The notes beneath the pieces were generated by a model. The model was not told where the DNA came from. It saw only the letters and a program-made list of their open reading frames with translations, and made no database searches. From the NCBI GenBank assembly GCA_963835065.1, contig CAWIEK010000060.1:32001-96000 (forward strand): 64,000 bases of DNA, read 5' to 3'. Origin of the DNA: an uncultured Chthonomonadaceae bacterium (GTDB taxonomy: Bacteria > Armatimonadota > Chthonomonadetes > Chthonomonadales > Chthonomonadaceae). Made by a program: the position numbers and the translations under genes. Positions 61,736-64,000 of the stretch are shown in pieces. How positions within the stretch are numbered: position 1 is the first letter of the stretch; each line of letters starts with the position of its first letter.

Positions 61736-64000
61736 ATGACCCCCACAGTACCGAAGCAGACGAGTCATTTTACATCACGGGGGGAACGCTTCCGCCCGAT
61801 GCGCGTTCCTACATCGCCCGCGATGCCGACGACGCCCTGTACAACGCCCTGCTTGCCGGCGAAACCTGCTACGTCCTCAACAGTCGGCAGATGGGCAAAA
61901 GCAGCCTGTGCGTTCGCGCAATGGGCAGGCTGCAAGACGCGGGGGCGCGTACCGTTTTCCTCGATCTGTCCAAGTTCGGCGCCAATAACCCGACCGTAGA
62001 ACAATGGTACTTTACGCTCCTCAACGAAATCGGCAGGGAACTCGATTGTCGCCCCGCCCTGTTCGCGTACTGGAAGCAAAATGACGCCCTGCCGTTCGTG
62101 CAGCGCGTGTTCGGCGCTCTGACCGACATCGCGCTGCCCGCCGCCCCCTCCTCCATCGTCGTGTTTGTGGACGAGATTGACATCACGCGGACGCTGCCGT
62201 TCGAGACGGACGAGTTCTTTGCCGCGATACGGCAACTCGTGGTGGGCAGAGCAACGGACGCGAAGCTGAAGAAGTTGGCGTTCTGTCTGTTGGGAACCGC
62301 CGCGCCGCAGGACCTCATTCAAAACACGGCCATCACGCCCTTCAATGTCGGCAAGCGCGTGGAAGTGACGGACTTTACCCCGCAGGAAGCCGCGCCCCTT
62401 GCAGAAGGATTGAACCACGGGGGACACGGGGAACACGGGGGAAAGCGGGAAAGGGAAAGCAGGGGAGAGAAACTGCTGCAACGGGTATTGTATTGGACCA
62501 ACGGCCACCCCTACCTGACGCAACGCCTATGCAGCGCCATAGTCGAAGCCCAAACTCCTCCTCCGACACCCGACACCCGAAACCCGATACCCTCTCCTCG
62601 ACACCCGACACCCGACACCCGACACCCTCCGTGGACTCCCTCTGCCACAACCTCTTCCTCTCCCACGCGGCGACGGAAAGCGACGACAACCTTGCCAATG
62701 TGCGCAACCGCCTGCTCAAAAACGACGCGGACATGGCTTCGCTGCTCACGCTGTACGGGCAGATACGGGAAGGCAAGCGCGTACCGGATGACGAAACCAA
62801 TCCCCTCTGCGCGTTGCTAAAGTTGAGCGGCGTGGCGAAAGTGGAAAACGGTTTGTTGAAGGTACGCAACCGCATCTACGCGACCGTGTTCGATGCGAAG
62901 TGGGTCACAACCCACATGCCGGACGCCGAACTGCGACGGCAGAAGGAAGCGTACCGCAAAGGCGTGACGCGAACAGGAGCGTGGGCGGGAGCGATTATCA
63001 CGTTGTTTGTCTGTCTCGCCGCGTTCGCCTTCTCCAAAGCCAACGAAGCCCAAAGCAATGCAAGAGAGGCTCACAAACAGACCAGGTTGGCGCAGCAAAA
63101 TGCGCAGTTGGCACAACGAAATGCTGAGAAGGAGACTGCTGCCCGCGCCGACGCCGACAAAAGCGCGCAGCAGGCTCGTAACAATGCGCAGAAAGCACAG
63201 AAGCAGACACAACTCGCCAAACAACGTTTGAAGGACGTACAAAAAGCCAACTCGGCTACCCAAAAGGCTCTCACGAAAGCACAGCAAAATGCCATAGAAG
63301 CTAGGAAACAGGCACATCTTGCCTCCGACAACGCCCGTCGCGCGGAGCAGGCCAACGGCAATGCTTCCAAAGAGAGCGCGACACGCTCGCAAGGCAGAGC
63401 AACTCGCGCTAGAAGAGAAAGACAAAGCCAACCACAACCTGTACGTTGCCAACATGAACCTGATACAAAGGGATTGGGACAACAACAATGTCGGGAGTGT
63501 ATTGGAGTTGTTGGAAGCGACACGCCAACGATACTCCCACGAGTTCGAGTGGGGATACTGGAACCGCCAGTGTCATCTGGATTTGAAAACGCTCAAAGGG
63601 CATACAGACGATGTTGATGCCGTCGCCTTCTCTGCCGACGGCAAGCGGATTGTCACGGGCAGCAGCGACAAAACGGCGAAGGTATGGGATGCGCAAACCG
63701 GACAGGTAACACTTACGCTCAATGGGCATACGAACTTTGTTACTGCCGTCTGCTTCTCTCCCGATGGCAAGCGGATTGTCACAGGCAGTTGGGACAAAAC
63801 GGCCAAGGTGTGGGACGCGCAAAGCGGACAGCCACTGCTCACGCTCAAAGGGCATACAGACAATGTTGATTCCGTCTGCTTACTCTCCCGATGGCAAGAG
63901 GATTGTCACGGGAAGTAGGGACAACACAGCGAAAGTGTGGGATGCGCAAACCGGACAGGAAATACTTACGCTCAAAGGGCATACTCCCAGTTACTATGCC
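61736..64000 (+). CDS. AAA_35/STAND ATPase + TM + coiled coil + WD40 protein (several frameshifts; runs off the window)
   Basis: FYITGGTL, SRQMGKSSL, VFVDEID, TPFNVG, WTNGHPYLTQ, TM segment, LKGHTD.V.AVAFS.DGKRIVTGS.DKTAKVWD repeats. Confidence 0.82.

Overview
GC-rich bacterial chromosomal window. PEP-CTERM, LolA-like and OmpA proteins indicate a diderm; an Armatimonadota-like gene repertoire is my impression only. It holds about 47 CDS: an SBP-OmpA ABC operon, hydrolases and peptidases, exopolysaccharide and cell-envelope genes, nurA, ahb/cbiX tetrapyrrole genes, a broken orphan kdpA, two toxin-antitoxin-like pairs and a STAND/TIR/TPR cluster. I found no rRNA, tRNA or CRISPR array. At least ten genes carry single-base frameshifts that look like long-read errors. 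Three things stand out. (1) A TIR + helical-domain ORF joins an NB-ARC-TPR ORF through a textbook -1 ribosomal frameshift signal (C CCT TTC, 6-nt spacer, GC-rich stem-loop), predicting a short adaptor and a full-length NLR-like protein from one gene. (2) Heptamer/nonamer tandem-repeat modules occur throughout, both as intergenic hairpins and as in-frame insertions in at least seven unrelated proteins; one ~195-bp composite cassette is shared by nurA and an ArnT-like gene. (3) A ~355-bp intergenic element occurs twice, with an ECF-type promoter, a Shine-Dalgarno-led 8-codon ORF and an 89-nt perfectly identical core (candidate sRNA).
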